Origin: Candidatus Latescibacterota bacterium
GTDB taxonomy: Bacteria > Latescibacterota > UBA2968 > UBA8231
Direction: 5' to 3'
NCBI GenBank assembly: GCA_963422735.1
Contig: OY730476.1
Span: 3,264,001 to 3,328,000, forward strand
DNA length: 64,000 nucleotides
The notes under the pieces were generated by a model. That model searched no databases, had not been told where the DNA came from, and worked only from the letters and a program-made list of their open reading frames with translations. Positions 28,334 through 38,542 of the stretch are shown here, piece by piece. Both the position numbers and the translations under genes were made by a program. Within the stretch, counting starts at the first letter, position 1. The number at the start of each line of letters is the position of its first letter.

Positions 28334-30458
28334 CGGATAGGGCCTTGTAAATGGAGTAGTTTTTGAGGACTAGCTTGATGTAGAGACGGGTTTCCTTGTA
28401 GGGGATGCGCTCGACGAAGGCATCCGGGTCCTCGGAGGGAAAGCTCTTGAGCCACCGGCGGGCGTTGTGCGGGCCGGCGTTGTAAGCGGCCAGGCCCAGT
28501 TCAAAGCCCAAGTCTGCGCCCGGCCCAGTCGCGAATTGGCGCATTTGGTCGCCGAGGAAGTAACTGCCCAAGCGGATGGAGACGGCCGGATCGAAGAGTG
28601 CGCGGAGCTCAAAGGGTTTTATCTTCAAGGTCCGCGCGAGGGTGAGGCCGGTGTGGGGCATGATCTGCATCAGGCCCCTAGCGCCCGCCCGCGATACCGC
28701 GCTTTCGTTAAATGTGCTCTCTTGGCGAATGACCGACAGGACCAGAAAGGGGTCAATTTGGGCCGCGGTCGCGGCCGCCACGATCTCTTCCCAATAGTAA
28801 GTCGGATAGATGCGCGATAGTTCATCCGGATCTTTCCCGTCGAACAGGCGCAGCGACAGCCGCAGGGCTTGGCCGCGAAAGCCGAGCACCTCGTAGTAGT
28901 TGCGGATGACCTTTAGCGCAGCCTTGTGGCCCTCGTAGTCGCGGACGGCTTGCCCCATCTCGGCTGCCGACCAATCCCTTAGCCCCAATTGGTTTAGCAA
29001 GCTAGCGCGTTCGAGGTATGCCCTTTGCGCTAGCGCGGGGACTTCTTGGTGGCGGTTGTCTGCGGGTCGCCCTTTGAGCTGAACCTGCTCTCTGTGTCCC
29101 AACTGGACGGCGCGGGCCGAGTAGTAAGAACGGGGAAATCCGGCGGCGGCGCGGCGATAGAACGCGGTGGCGGCCTCTTCTTGGCCCAGTTGGGCCGCAC
29201 TCTTTCCAGCCCAGTACAGGGATTGGTCAATAATGTGGGGCTGGCGCACCTGCTGACTTGCGCGCTCAAAGGCGGCTAGAGCTTGGGAATATTGCTCTTG
29301 GCAATAGAGCGCGAAGCCGACGCTCCAACGCGCTTCGTCGCCGTAATCGGTTTGCGGATAGTGCTCGGCTAGGCGGCCATAGAGCGTTTCGGCACGGGCG
29401 AATTGGCTGTTGCGCTCGGCGGCTTTGGCGGCCTGCCACAGAGCATCGTCGGCCAAGTCGTGCTGGGGGTACTGCTTGGCAAACCTCGCATAAACCGCAA
29501 TGGCTTTGTCTTCGCGGTTTATGCGGACTGAGAGACCGGCGATGTGATAAAGGGCAGCCGGGCTGCCATAGCGCTCGTGAACCGTCCGAAAAACCTGTTC
29601 GGCCTTGGTGTAGTGCCCCGCAGATAGGTGGGCCCGGCCAAGCATGAAGTGCGCTTTGGCGACGCGCTGGTCGCCGCTTTGTGCGCGGATGAAGTGCCGA
29701 AAGCTCTTGATGGCTTGGTTGAATTGCCCGTGGCTGTGGTAGGTATAGGCCTTGGCGTAAGCCGTGCGGGCATCGAGCTTCTTAGGCAAGTGCGACAGGC
29801 TATTGCGGGCGTGCTTGGAAAGGGGGTGGTTTTCCAGCAGTTCTAAGCGCCACTTTTGCGCCCGCGCTGAGTCGTGCTTTTGGCTGGTGGCTGCGAGCAA
29901 GTAGAGAACCCGCGCTGGATCGGCGTCCTGCGCGAGTTGCTCCTCGTACAGGGCGAGGGCCTTGGTGGGTTGGCCGGCGGTTCGGTAGAGGGAGGCCAAG
30001 CGCAGACTGGCCGGGTTGCGGAGGATCGGGTTGGCCGAGGTAGCCAGAAAGTTTTCGTACTCGGCGATGGCGTCGTGCATCTGGCCCATGTCTTCTAGGG
30101 AGCGGGCCATCCAGAAGCGGCGGTAATCATCCAAGGTCGGCAGGTCGAGGTCGCGCAAACGATTGTACGCGCGGCTTGGCTGTTTGAGCTCGCGCTCGCA
30201 AAACGCCTGCTGGAATTCGATGTGCGATTGGGCAGCCGGCTCGTGATGTTGGCTCGTGTCTAGCGCAGTGAGTTGGGGATAGGCGAGGTCGCAGCGGTTC
30301 TCGGCGATCAGAACGGCAATTGGGCTAGGCGGCTCTGGTGTGGGGGCCTCGGAGAGGGGCTTAGCGGGGGCTGAGAAGTAGAACCAGGCTGCCAACGGCA
30401 GCAGAATTAGCAGGCTCAGGCCCAGCGTTGTCCAAGCCCATTTGGCTTTGTTGGTCAT
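28323..30458 (-). CDS. Slt70-like lytic transglycosylase with TPR repeats
   Basis: N-terminal TM, TPR-like helices and motifs IRQES, GLMQIMP, AAYNAG and ETRLYI. Confidence 0.9.
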   Translation of the reverse strand: MTNKAKWAWTTLGLSLLILLPLAAWFYFSAPAKPLSEAPTPEPPSPIAVLIAENRCDLAYPQLTALDTSQHHEPAAQSHIEFQQAFCERELKQPSRAYNRLRDLDLPTLDDYRRFWMARSLEDMGQMHDAIAEYENFLATSANPILRNPASLRLASLYRTAGQPTKALALYEEQLAQDADPARVLYLLAATSQKHDSARAQKWRLELLENHPLSKHARNSLSHLPKKLDARTAYAKAYTYHSHGQFNQAIKSFRHFIRAQSGDQRVAKAHFMLGRAHLSAGHYTKAEQVFRTVHERYGSPAALYHIAGLSVRINREDKAIAVYARFAKQYPQHDLADDALWQAAKAAERNSQFARAETLYGRLAEHYPQTDYGDEARWSVGFALYCQEQYSQALAAFERASQQVRQPHIIDQSLYWAGKSAAQLGQEEAATAFYRRAAAGFPRSYYSARAVQLGHREQVQLKGRPADNRHQEVPALAQRAYLERASLLNQLGLRDWSAAEMGQAVRDYEGHKAALKVIRNYYEVLGFRGQALRLSLRLFDGKDPDELSRIYPTYYWEEIVAAATAAQIDPFLVLSVIRQESTFNESAVSRAGARGLMQIMPHTGLTLARTLKIKPFELRALFDPAVSIRLGSYFLGDQMRQFATGPGADLGFELGLAAYNAGPHNARRWLKSFPSEDPDAFVERIPYKETRLYIKLVLKNYSIYKALSDDA

Positions 30459-30605
30459 CGGTATTGAGGAGGCTTAAATTGGGTCTCCGTTTGGACGCGC
30501 CAGCGGCGCGTCTTGCTCCTTAAAATACAATAGCCTAGCGCAAGGGGACAAGCGAAAAATCGCTGTGCGACGGCGCGGCAAACAGGGCCAAGGAGGGCCA
30601 TAAAA

Positions 30606-31319
30606 ATGAACGAGCGCGATTATGCGAGTCTGCTGCACCGACTGCGGGCGGTGGGACCAACACAGCTAGTAGCTGAGTGCGGCGGGTATCCAATTTACGC
30701 TCTGGAATTAGGGACTGGTACTGAGGCGCGAATCCTGCTGACAGCCGGGTTACACGGAGACGAGCCGGCTGGCCCAGAAGCCGCGCTGCGCTTTGCGGAG
30801 GGGTTGAGTCCGCGCCTCGCCCAGCGTTGTCAGTTCCTGGTCTTACCCTGTCTCAATCCGCACGGCTATGTCCACAATACCCGCGAGAACGAATCCGGCT
30901 TGGATTGCAATCGGGAGTTTGGCGGCGATGCGGTCCCGCTCGTCGCGCAGGTCAAGACCTTTCTAAGTGGTCGGCGCTTTGATTGCGCGCTGGATTTTCA
31001 CGAGGACTGGGAGGCTTCGGGGTTTTACTGCTATGAAGCCAAGCGCGACGAGCAGTGGCTCGGGCCGGCCATTGTCGAGCAAGTGCGCGCGGTGATGCCC
31101 ATTGACGGAGAGGCCGGCGAAAACGACAAAGTGATTGCTAAAGGCGTCTTCCTCGTCGATCCAGAGTGGGGCGAGGCTGGGTTGGTGCCCTACTTGTACG
31201 CGCACCACACCGAACACGCGCTAATCAGCGAAACGCCCAGCGAATGGCCGCTAGCAGTGCGGGCAGAGGCGCATCTTAGGGCGCTGGATGTCGCGCTTCA
31301 ACGGCGTTTGGGTGCGTAG
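30606..31319 (+). CDS. M14-family metallocarboxypeptidase/deacylase
   Basis: Motifs GLHGDEPAG, NPHG, DCNR, DFHED and ETP. Confidence 0.85.
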   Translation: MNERDYASLLHRLRAVGPTQLVAECGGYPIYALELGTGTEARILLTAGLHGDEPAGPEAALRFAEGLSPRLAQRCQFLVLPCLNPHGYVHNTRENESGLDCNREFGGDAVPLVAQVKTFLSGRRFDCALDFHEDWEASGFYCYEAKRDEQWLGPAIVEQVRAVMPIDGEAGENDKVIAKGVFLVDPEWGEAGLVPYLYAHHTEHALISETPSEWPLAVRAEAHLRALDVALQRRLGA

Positions 31320-32713
31320 AGGTGTGCGCTCTGGCCGTAGTGGCTTTCGGCCGCTTCCATGAGGGTTTCGGAGAGCGTAGGATGGGGGTGGATCGAAAGT
31401 TGGACATCCGCTGCGAGCGCGGCCATTTCCACGGCTAAGACGCCCTCGGCGATCAGCTCACCCGCGCCGCTGCCGGCAATGCCCACGCCTAGGATCCGGT
31501 CGGTCTGGGGGTCGATGAGCAGCTTGGTGAGGCCGTCGCTTGTGCCTTGGGTCGCGGCGCGGCCAGAAGCCGACCAAGGAAAGCGTGCAACCGCGACCGA
31601 GCGGCTCTGTTTTTCGGCTTCTTCCTCGGTAAGGCCGCACCAGGCGATTTCCGGATCAGTATAGACGACATTGGGAATGGCGTGGGGCGCGAAGACTTGC
31701 TTGTCGTGGCCGGCCACAACCTCGGCAGCTAGGCTCCCTTGGTGGGCGGCTGTGTGGGCAAGGGCCGCGCTTGTGAGGTCTCCAATGGCGAAAATCGAAG
31801 ACTCGGCCGTGCGCAGTTGGTCATCAACTTGGACATAGCCGCGCTCGTCGAGGCCGATGGCGGTGCGTTCCAAACCCAAGTCTTCGATATTGGGAACCCG
31901 GCCAACGGCAAGCAGGATTTTGGCATAGGTCTTGGAAAAACTCTGGCCGTCGCTTTTTTGCAAGTGTACCTCTAAGCCATCGCCGCTCTCTGCGAGCGCG
32001 GTCACTTGGGTGTTGAGCATGATGTCGTCGAATCGCTCTGCGGCCTTATCGTGCAGTGGCTTGACCAAGTCGCGGTCAGCTAAAGGGATCAGCCCGGGGA
32101 GCATTTCGACGACCGAAACTTGGGTTCCCAGTGCCGCGTACACCTGCCCTAGCTCCATGCCGATGATGCCGCCGCCGACGACGAGCATGGAGTCGGGTAT
32201 GTCGCGAAGTGCGACAGCGGCGGTCGAATCCATGATGCGATTGCTTAGCTGGTCGAAAAGCGCAGGCACTGCTGGGCGCGACCCCGTGGCGAGGATGGCG
32301 CGTTCAAACTGCAACGCGCCTTGGCTGCCGTCGGCTTTATCGATTTGCAGGGTATGGGGGTCGAGGAAGCGGGCGCGCCCCTGCACGTAGGTCAGCTTGC
32401 GCGCCTTGACGAGTTGACCCAAGCCCTGCGTCATCTTGGCGACGACCCCGTCCTTCCAGGTCCGCAATTTGTGGAGGTCGATCTTGGGCGCAGCGAATTG
32501 GATACCCCAGTGCTCGGCTTCCCTTGCTTCGTAGAGAAGCTTGGAAATGTGCAGGAGAGCCTTAGAGGGGATGCAGCCTCGGTAGAGACAGACGCCGCCT
32601 GGATGGGCTTCTGGATCGATCAATGCGACATCCAACCCCAAGTCCGCGGCCTTAAAGGCGGCTACGTAGCCGCCCGGGCCGCCGCCGATGACCGCTAGTT
32701 GGGCCTTGTCCAT
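31298..32713 (-). CDS. lpdA: Dihydrolipoyl dehydrogenase
   Basis: Motifs GGGPGGY, GGVCLYRGCIPSK and HPHPTLSE. Confidence 0.95.
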   Translation of the reverse strand: MDKAQLAVIGGGPGGYVAAFKAADLGLDVALIDPEAHPGGVCLYRGCIPSKALLHISKLLYEAREAEHWGIQFAAPKIDLHKLRTWKDGVVAKMTQGLGQLVKARKLTYVQGRARFLDPHTLQIDKADGSQGALQFERAILATGSRPAVPALFDQLSNRIMDSTAAVALRDIPDSMLVVGGGIIGMELGQVYAALGTQVSVVEMLPGLIPLADRDLVKPLHDKAAERFDDIMLNTQVTALAESGDGLEVHLQKSDGQSFSKTYAKILLAVGRVPNIEDLGLERTAIGLDERGYVQVDDQLRTAESSIFAIGDLTSAALAHTAAHQGSLAAEVVAGHDKQVFAPHAIPNVVYTDPEIAWCGLTEEEAEKQSRSVAVARFPWSASGRAATQGTSDGLTKLLIDPQTDRILGVGIAGSGAGELIAEGVLAVEMAALAADVQLSIHPHPTLSETLMEAAESHYGQSAHLYAPKRR

Positions 32714-32720
32714 AGCCGCC

Positions 32721-33977
32721 TCAGCCTTCCAAGAGCGCGATAAAGGGGTCTTCCAATGCTGTACAGATCCAGCGGAGGAAGCGTGCGCCATCGGCCCCGT
32801 CGATTAGGCGGTGGTCATAGGACAGCGACAGAGGCAGGAGGGTGCGCGGCTGGAGCTGACCGTCGATATAAGCGGGTTCGACTTGCGCTCGCGCCACTCC
32901 GAGGATTGCCACTTCGGGTGGGTTGACGATGGGCGTAAAGGCGGTGCCGCCCATGGTGCCGACATTGCTGATGGTCATGGACGCACCCTGCATGTCGGCA
33001 GGCCCGATCTTGCGCTCGCGCGTCTTTTGCGCCAACTCGCTCAACTCGACCGCCAGCTCGATGATATTCTTTTGGTCCACGTCGCGCACCACCGGCACGA
33101 GCAGACCGTGGGGGGTATCGACGGCAATGCCGATGTGGAAGTAGCGTTTGTACACGACTTCCCTCTGGGCCATGTCGATGCTGGCGCTGAACTGCGGGAA
33201 AACCTTGAGGGCGATGCCGAGCACTTTGATGAGGATCGCGGTCGGCGTCAGCTTGCCGCCGGCTGCTTCGGCCTTTTTGCCGTATGCTGCGCGCCACTTT
33301 TCCAAACTGGTGATGTCGGCCTTGTCGAATTGGGTGACCTGCGGGATGGTGGCCCAAGCCTGTGCGAGACGCTCGGCGGTTATTTCGCGCACCTTGGTCA
33401 TAGGCTGGCGCTCGACAGAACCCCACTGGCTGAAGTCGGGTAGCGGTGCGGCGGCGGCCGGGGCGGTGGCCCGCGTTGCGTGCAGCTTTTTTGAGTGAGC
33501 CTTGACGTCCTCGATTGAGATCCTGCCGCCCGGCCCAGTACCTTGGACCTGCGCAATATCGACGCCGATCTCGCGGGCTAGACGGCGCGTCGAGGGCGCG
33601 GCTGGAACGGGGTCGTCTGTAGATGTAAGTGTAGGTGCGGGAGGGGTTTCTGCGGCAACTGGGGCGGCCTCTTGTAGTAGGATCGGGGTGGGGGCCGGTT
33701 CCTCTGCCGGTATAGACGCTGGGGGTACTTCCTCGGCTATGGCCGCCTCGACTTCGAGAATGGGTTGCCCGACGGCGATGGTGTCGCCCTGTTGGACGAG
33801 AATCTCGGTAATGGTGCCGTCTATGGAGGAGGGCACCTCAATGACGGCCTTGTCGGTTTCAAGCTCGATGACGGTTTGGTCTTCGGCGAGGCGGTCGCCG
33901 ACATCGACGAGAATGCGGATCACATCGCCGCTTTCGATATTTTCTCCCAAGTCGGGCAGTGCAAATTTTACGGGCAT
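32721..33977 (-). CDS. aceF: Pyruvate dehydrogenase E2 with a single lipoyl domain
   Basis: Motifs LETDKA, GTGPGGRI and SYDHRLIDGA. Confidence 0.93.
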   Translation of the reverse strand: MPVKFALPDLGENIESGDVIRILVDVGDRLAEDQTVIELETDKAVIEVPSSIDGTITEILVQQGDTIAVGQPILEVEAAIAEEVPPASIPAEEPAPTPILLQEAAPVAAETPPAPTLTSTDDPVPAAPSTRRLAREIGVDIAQVQGTGPGGRISIEDVKAHSKKLHATRATAPAAAAPLPDFSQWGSVERQPMTKVREITAERLAQAWATIPQVTQFDKADITSLEKWRAAYGKKAEAAGGKLTPTAILIKVLGIALKVFPQFSASIDMAQREVVYKRYFHIGIAVDTPHGLLVPVVRDVDQKNIIELAVELSELAQKTRERKIGPADMQGASMTISNVGTMGGTAFTPIVNPPEVAILGVARAQVEPAYIDGQLQPRTLLPLSLSYDHRLIDGADGARFLRWICTALEDPFIALLEG

Positions 33978-33991
33978 AGCGTGGTCTAAGC

Positions 33992-36652
33992 TCATAGGTA
34001 AATGGGATTGGGTTTCGCCGGATCGATCTTCAGGTCTTGCATGGCTTGGACGACTGCGTCGTTTTCGATCTGCCCCTCGCGCGCTAGCGCGCTCAAGGCT
34101 CCCAGTGCGATGAAGCGGTAATCGACCTCGAAGTGGTCGCGCAGTGCCTCGCGGCTCTCGCTGCGGCCGAAGCCATCGGTGCCGAGGGAGACGGGGGGAT
34201 TGGGAAACCAGCGGGCGATGGATTCTGGGAGGGCCTTGACGTAATCCGAGGCCATGACATGCACGCCGCGCTCCTCGGCTAGGCATTGTTCGATGTAGCT
34301 GAAACGAGGCTCTTCGCTGGGATGCAGGCGGTTCCAACGCTCGACATCGAGCCCGTCTCGGTGCAGGGCCTTGTAGCTGGTGATGCTCCAGACATCCGCA
34401 CTGACTTGATATTTTTCCTCGAGGATGCTCTGCGCTTTGAGGACACTATTGATAATCGCGCCGCTGCCGAAGAGGTGGGCCTTGAGTGGGGCGCGCTGAT
34501 TGGCAGAGGGCTTGAACTTGTACATGCCTTTGAGAATGCCTTCTTCGACTCCATCGGGCATCTCCGGCATGGAATAGATGTCGTTTTCGACCGTTAGGTA
34601 GTAGAAAATGTCCTCCTGCTCGACGTACATGCGGCGGATGCCTTCGCGAATGATGACGGCGATTTCGTAGCCAAAGGCCGGATCGTAGGCTTCGAGATTG
34701 GGCAAGGGGTAAGCCAAGAGGTGGCTGTGCCCATCCTCGTGTTGCAGCCCCTCGCCGTTGAGCGTGGTGCGCCCGGCCGTGCCGCCGACCATAAAGCCCT
34801 TGACCCGCATGTCGCCAGCTAGCCAGACCAAATCGCCGATCCGCTGCATCCCGAACATCGAGTAATAGATGAAGAAGGGGATGGTGTTGATGCCGTGGGT
34901 GGCATAGGCCGAGCCGGCCGCGATAAAGGAGGACATAGAGCCGGCTTCGGTGATCCCCTCTTCGAGTATCTGGCCGTCTTTGGCCTCTTTGTAGTAGGTG
35001 ATGACGTCTTTGTCAACCGGCTCGTATAGCTGGCCTTGGCTCGAATAGATCCCGAACTGGCGGAAGAGCGGCTCCATGCCGAAGGTGCGCGATTCGTCGG
35101 GAACGATAGGGACGACTAACTTGCCGAGTTGCTTGTCTTGCATGAGTTTGCGCATGACCGCGACAAAGGCCATCGTCGTGGCAAACTCGCGCTTGCCCGA
35201 GCTTTTTTTGAATTCTTCCCACAGCGTCTCCGGCGGCATGGCCAGTGGAGGGGCCATTACCTGCCGCTGGGGTATGTACCCGCCGAGGCTTTCCCGCCGC
35301 TGGCGAATGTACTGGATTTCCGGGCTGTCGTCCGGGGGCCGGTAGAAGGGCGTCTCTGCGATCTCGTCGTCTGAGATGGGAATCCCGAAGCGGGTGCGGA
35401 AAAGGCGAATCTCGTCTTCGTTGAGCTTTTTTTGCTGATGGGTGATATTCTTGCCCTCGCCGGCCTCGCCCATGCCATAGCCCTTGATGGTCTTGGCGAG
35501 GATGACGGTGGGCGCACTCTTGTGGGCGACGGCTTGCTGGTAGGCGGCATAGACCTTTTCGGGATCATGGCCGCCGCGCCGCATTTTCTGGAGTTGCTCG
35601 TCTGAATAGTGCTCGACCATCGCGGCTAGTTTCGGATCGGCACCGAAGAAGTCGTGGCGGATGTAGCTGCCATCGGAGACCGAGAATTTCTGGTACTGGC
35701 CATCGACGACCTCGTTCATGCGCTGGGCCAAGCGGCCGTCGGCGTCCTGTTCCAAGAGCGGATCCCAGTCGTCGCCCCAGATCACCTTGACGACGTTCCA
35801 GCCGGCGCCGCGGAAGACCGCTTCGAGCTCCTGTATTATCTTTCCATTGCCGCGCACGGGGCCATCGAGGCGCTGTAGGTTGCAGTTGACAACCCAGATG
35901 AGGTTGTTGAGCTGTTCGCGCGCAGCGAGGGTAAGTGCGCCCAAGCTTTCGGGCTCGTCGCATTCGCCGTCGCCCAAAAAGGCCCACACCTTGCTGTCGT
36001 CAACGGGCTTGAGACCGCGGTTTTCGAGGTAGCAGTTGAAGCGAGCCTGATAGATCGAAAGAATTGGTCCCAAGCCCATGGACACGGTTGGGAACTGCCA
36101 AAAGTCCGGCATCAGCCAGGGGTGCGGATAAGAGGCGAGGCCACCGCCTTGTTGCAATTCGCGGCGGAAGTTTTCCAACTGGTGCTCGCTGAGACGCCCT
36201 TCGAGAAAGGCACGGGCGTATATGCCGGGGGCGGCGTGCCCCTGAAAGTATATCTGGTCGCCGGGATGGCCGTTGCTGGGGGCGCGGAAAAAGTGATTGT
36301 AGCCGACCTCGTAGAGGGTAGCCGAAGAGGCGTAGGTCGAGATGTGGCCTCCGAGATTGGCGTTGTCGCGATTGGCGCGCACGACCATGGCCATGGCGTT
36401 CCAGCGCACGATACTTTTGATCCGCCGCTCGATCTCGCGGCTGCCCGGATAGGGGGGCTGCTGGTCGCGGGCAATGGTGTTGATATAGGGCGTATTGACG
36501 CTGAAGGGGGTGCCGACGCCAGCTTCTGCGGCGTGGGTTTGGAGCTGTTGCAGGAGATTGAGGACCTGCGCGGGCGTCCTATGAGCCAGTACGTAATCGA
36601 GGGATTCGAGCCACTCGCTCACTTCGGCTTGTAGTTCTCGGGCGTTGCTCAT
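33992..36652 (-). CDS. aceE: Pyruvate dehydrogenase E1, homodimeric type
   Basis: Motifs GGHISTY, FPTVSMGLG, GDGECDEPE, NCNLQRLDG and GEGLQH. Confidence 0.96.
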   Translation of the reverse strand: MSNARELQAEVSEWLESLDYVLAHRTPAQVLNLLQQLQTHAAEAGVGTPFSVNTPYINTIARDQQPPYPGSREIERRIKSIVRWNAMAMVVRANRDNANLGGHISTYASSATLYEVGYNHFFRAPSNGHPGDQIYFQGHAAPGIYARAFLEGRLSEHQLENFRRELQQGGGLASYPHPWLMPDFWQFPTVSMGLGPILSIYQARFNCYLENRGLKPVDDSKVWAFLGDGECDEPESLGALTLAAREQLNNLIWVVNCNLQRLDGPVRGNGKIIQELEAVFRGAGWNVVKVIWGDDWDPLLEQDADGRLAQRMNEVVDGQYQKFSVSDGSYIRHDFFGADPKLAAMVEHYSDEQLQKMRRGGHDPEKVYAAYQQAVAHKSAPTVILAKTIKGYGMGEAGEGKNITHQQKKLNEDEIRLFRTRFGIPISDDEIAETPFYRPPDDSPEIQYIRQRRESLGGYIPQRQVMAPPLAMPPETLWEEFKKSSGKREFATTMAFVAVMRKLMQDKQLGKLVVPIVPDESRTFGMEPLFRQFGIYSSQGQLYEPVDKDVITYYKEAKDGQILEEGITEAGSMSSFIAAGSAYATHGINTIPFFIYYSMFGMQRIGDLVWLAGDMRVKGFMVGGTAGRTTLNGEGLQHEDGHSHLLAYPLPNLEAYDPAFGYEIAVIIREGIRRMYVEQEDIFYYLTVENDIYSMPEMPDGVEEGILKGMYKFKPSANQRAPLKAHLFGSGAIINSVLKAQSILEEKYQVSADVWSITSYKALHRDGLDVERWNRLHPSEEPRFSYIEQCLAEERGVHVMASDYVKALPESIARWFPNPPVSLGTDGFGRSESREALRDHFEVDYRFIALGALSALAREGQIENDAVVQAMQDLKIDPAKPNPIYL

Positions 36653-36797
36653 GGCTGAAACGATTCCTTTGCGTAGGCCGTCTTATGGGTCGCAAGAAAA
36701 TAATAAGCACGTGTTTTCTTGGCAAAAAACCGTTTTGTTACAATCATTTAGGTGTTGCCATTCGCGCTGATGGGCGGCGCAGAAAGAGAGGCCCCCG

Positions 36798-38540
36798 GTG
36801 CATAGACACAAGACTGCCTATGTCTGTTTGCTGGCGTCGCTGCTTTTGCATCTCACCACGCTTTACCTAGGGGATTACTTGTGGCGCGACGGGCTAGACA
36901 CGGAGACCTTTCGCGTGCGTCTCGCCCGCATTCCGCCGCAGTTCAAGCCTCGCCGCCTGAGTCCCCTGCCCCGCTTAGACCTAGAGGCGTTGAACGTGGA
37001 GATGGAGTATCTGCAGGCCGACCAGCCGTCTGTGGACCTCCGCGACCCCAATATAGAAAGCGAGGCGACTCCGCCCGAAATAGAGGTCCCGATAGCTCCC
37101 TTGGCGTTGCGCGAAATAGTCGGTGGTGCGAAGGAAGATGCGCCGATCTTGGAGCGCGAAAAGATGATCTCGCCCTCGTCTTTGGGTTTGGCCGATAGCA
37201 TGGGCATCGCCTCCATGGATCTCTTGCGGCTGGCAGACATGGCCCGGGCCAACAAGGACCACGCCGCCGTCATCGGCAGTCGGGCGACTCGCCGCGACTT
37301 GGCCGGCTACGTGAATTTCACCCAGTTGCGCGTCTATGGGGCCAGTTCGGGGCGCGGCGCACTCGACGCCCTGAGCCGCTACTTGCGCGACCATACCCAC
37401 CTGCTGGCGCGGGTGCGGGACAAGACCTACGAGTATTTCCTGTCAGAGCAACTGCTCAAAGACCCCGTCCACTTCCTCTTCCAAGACACCTTGTCTGCCT
37501 ACGACGAGAACGTCCTGACCAAGTTCAGCTCGGAGGAGAAGGTGCTTTTAGGCCGCTATCTGCGCGAGGGGGGGTTCCTATTTATTGAGGGCACCAACCG
37601 CTATTTGCGCGAAATGACCGACCATCTGCGCGAGATCTTGGGCGCGGAGGCGCGATTGCTGCCCCTCCCGACATCGCATTTGGTATATCACTCCTTTTAC
37701 GAGTTCGGCGACGGCTTCCCCGGAGAGGACAAGTCGCGCATCGCGGACGTGGGGGACAACCGCTCTTGGTATTATCCAACCCACAATCGAGATGATCTTT
37801 TGGCCGTGCAGGAAGCACAAGCAGCCACCTTCTCTAGGCCCAGTGCTGTGGGCGAGGGGTTGCCACCGCCACTGGGGCTGTGGGGAGTCGAGATGGACGG
37901 CGAGTTGGTGGCCGTGCTGAGCGACTTGATGTTGCAGGAGAACTGGCGAGCTAGCTTCAACATTGAAGAAGAAAACACGCAGCCGACGACCTATGCGCTG
38001 ATGGCGGGGACCAACATCTTGGTGTATGCGCTGACGCGCAAAAACAGCATAACGCCTCAATTGCCGCCCCCGACTTGGATGCCGGGCCAGAGGCCCGTGG
38101 CCGATCTGCAAGAGTCGCAGGTGGCCGACGAGGAATTGTTGTTCGACGAGCTAGACGCTTGGCTGGCCTTGGTGTTGGCCCCTATCGGCAGCGAGATCAC
38201 AGAGGATCTCACGGTGCGCTTGGACGGCCGCTACTCGCTCGAATTGCTCAAGCGCGGTTATCAAGGGCTGCTTTTCCACAATCTGCCCGCCGGTGCGCAC
38301 TGGGTCGAACTGAGCTATGGAGGGCAGATCCAACAGGTGGAGGTCGATCTAAAGGGAGGCGAGGTCACCACGCTGACGTTTGCGCTCAATCGCTTTGCCT
38401 TCGTAGTTCGGCTGCGGATGCAGGAGCAGGAGGAACGGGCGGGCTGGCAGCACTGGTCTGCGGCCTTTGCCGACTTGGAGGTCGAGGAAATTTACTTGGC
38501 CGCAGACCGCGATTGGTTGGAAGGTGGCGACGCTCCCTGA
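36798..38540 (+). CDS. DUF4159-like domain membrane-anchored protein
   Basis: N-terminal SLLLH TM anchor; EEKVLLGRYLREGGFLFIE, HLVYHSFYEF and MAGTNILVYALT. Confidence 0.7.
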   Translation: MHRHKTAYVCLLASLLLHLTTLYLGDYLWRDGLDTETFRVRLARIPPQFKPRRLSPLPRLDLEALNVEMEYLQADQPSVDLRDPNIESEATPPEIEVPIAPLALREIVGGAKEDAPILEREKMISPSSLGLADSMGIASMDLLRLADMARANKDHAAVIGSRATRRDLAGYVNFTQLRVYGASSGRGALDALSRYLRDHTHLLARVRDKTYEYFLSEQLLKDPVHFLFQDTLSAYDENVLTKFSSEEKVLLGRYLREGGFLFIEGTNRYLREMTDHLREILGAEARLLPLPTSHLVYHSFYEFGDGFPGEDKSRIADVGDNRSWYYPTHNRDDLLAVQEAQAATFSRPSAVGEGLPPPLGLWGVEMDGELVAVLSDLMLQENWRASFNIEEENTQPTTYALMAGTNILVYALTRKNSITPQLPPPTWMPGQRPVADLQESQVADEELLFDELDAWLALVLAPIGSEITEDLTVRLDGRYSLELLKRGYQGLLFHNLPAGAHWVELSYGGQIQQVEVDLKGGEVTTLTFALNRFAFVVRLRMQEQEERAGWQHWSAAFADLEVEEIYLAADRDWLEGGDAP

Positions 38541-38542
38541 CT

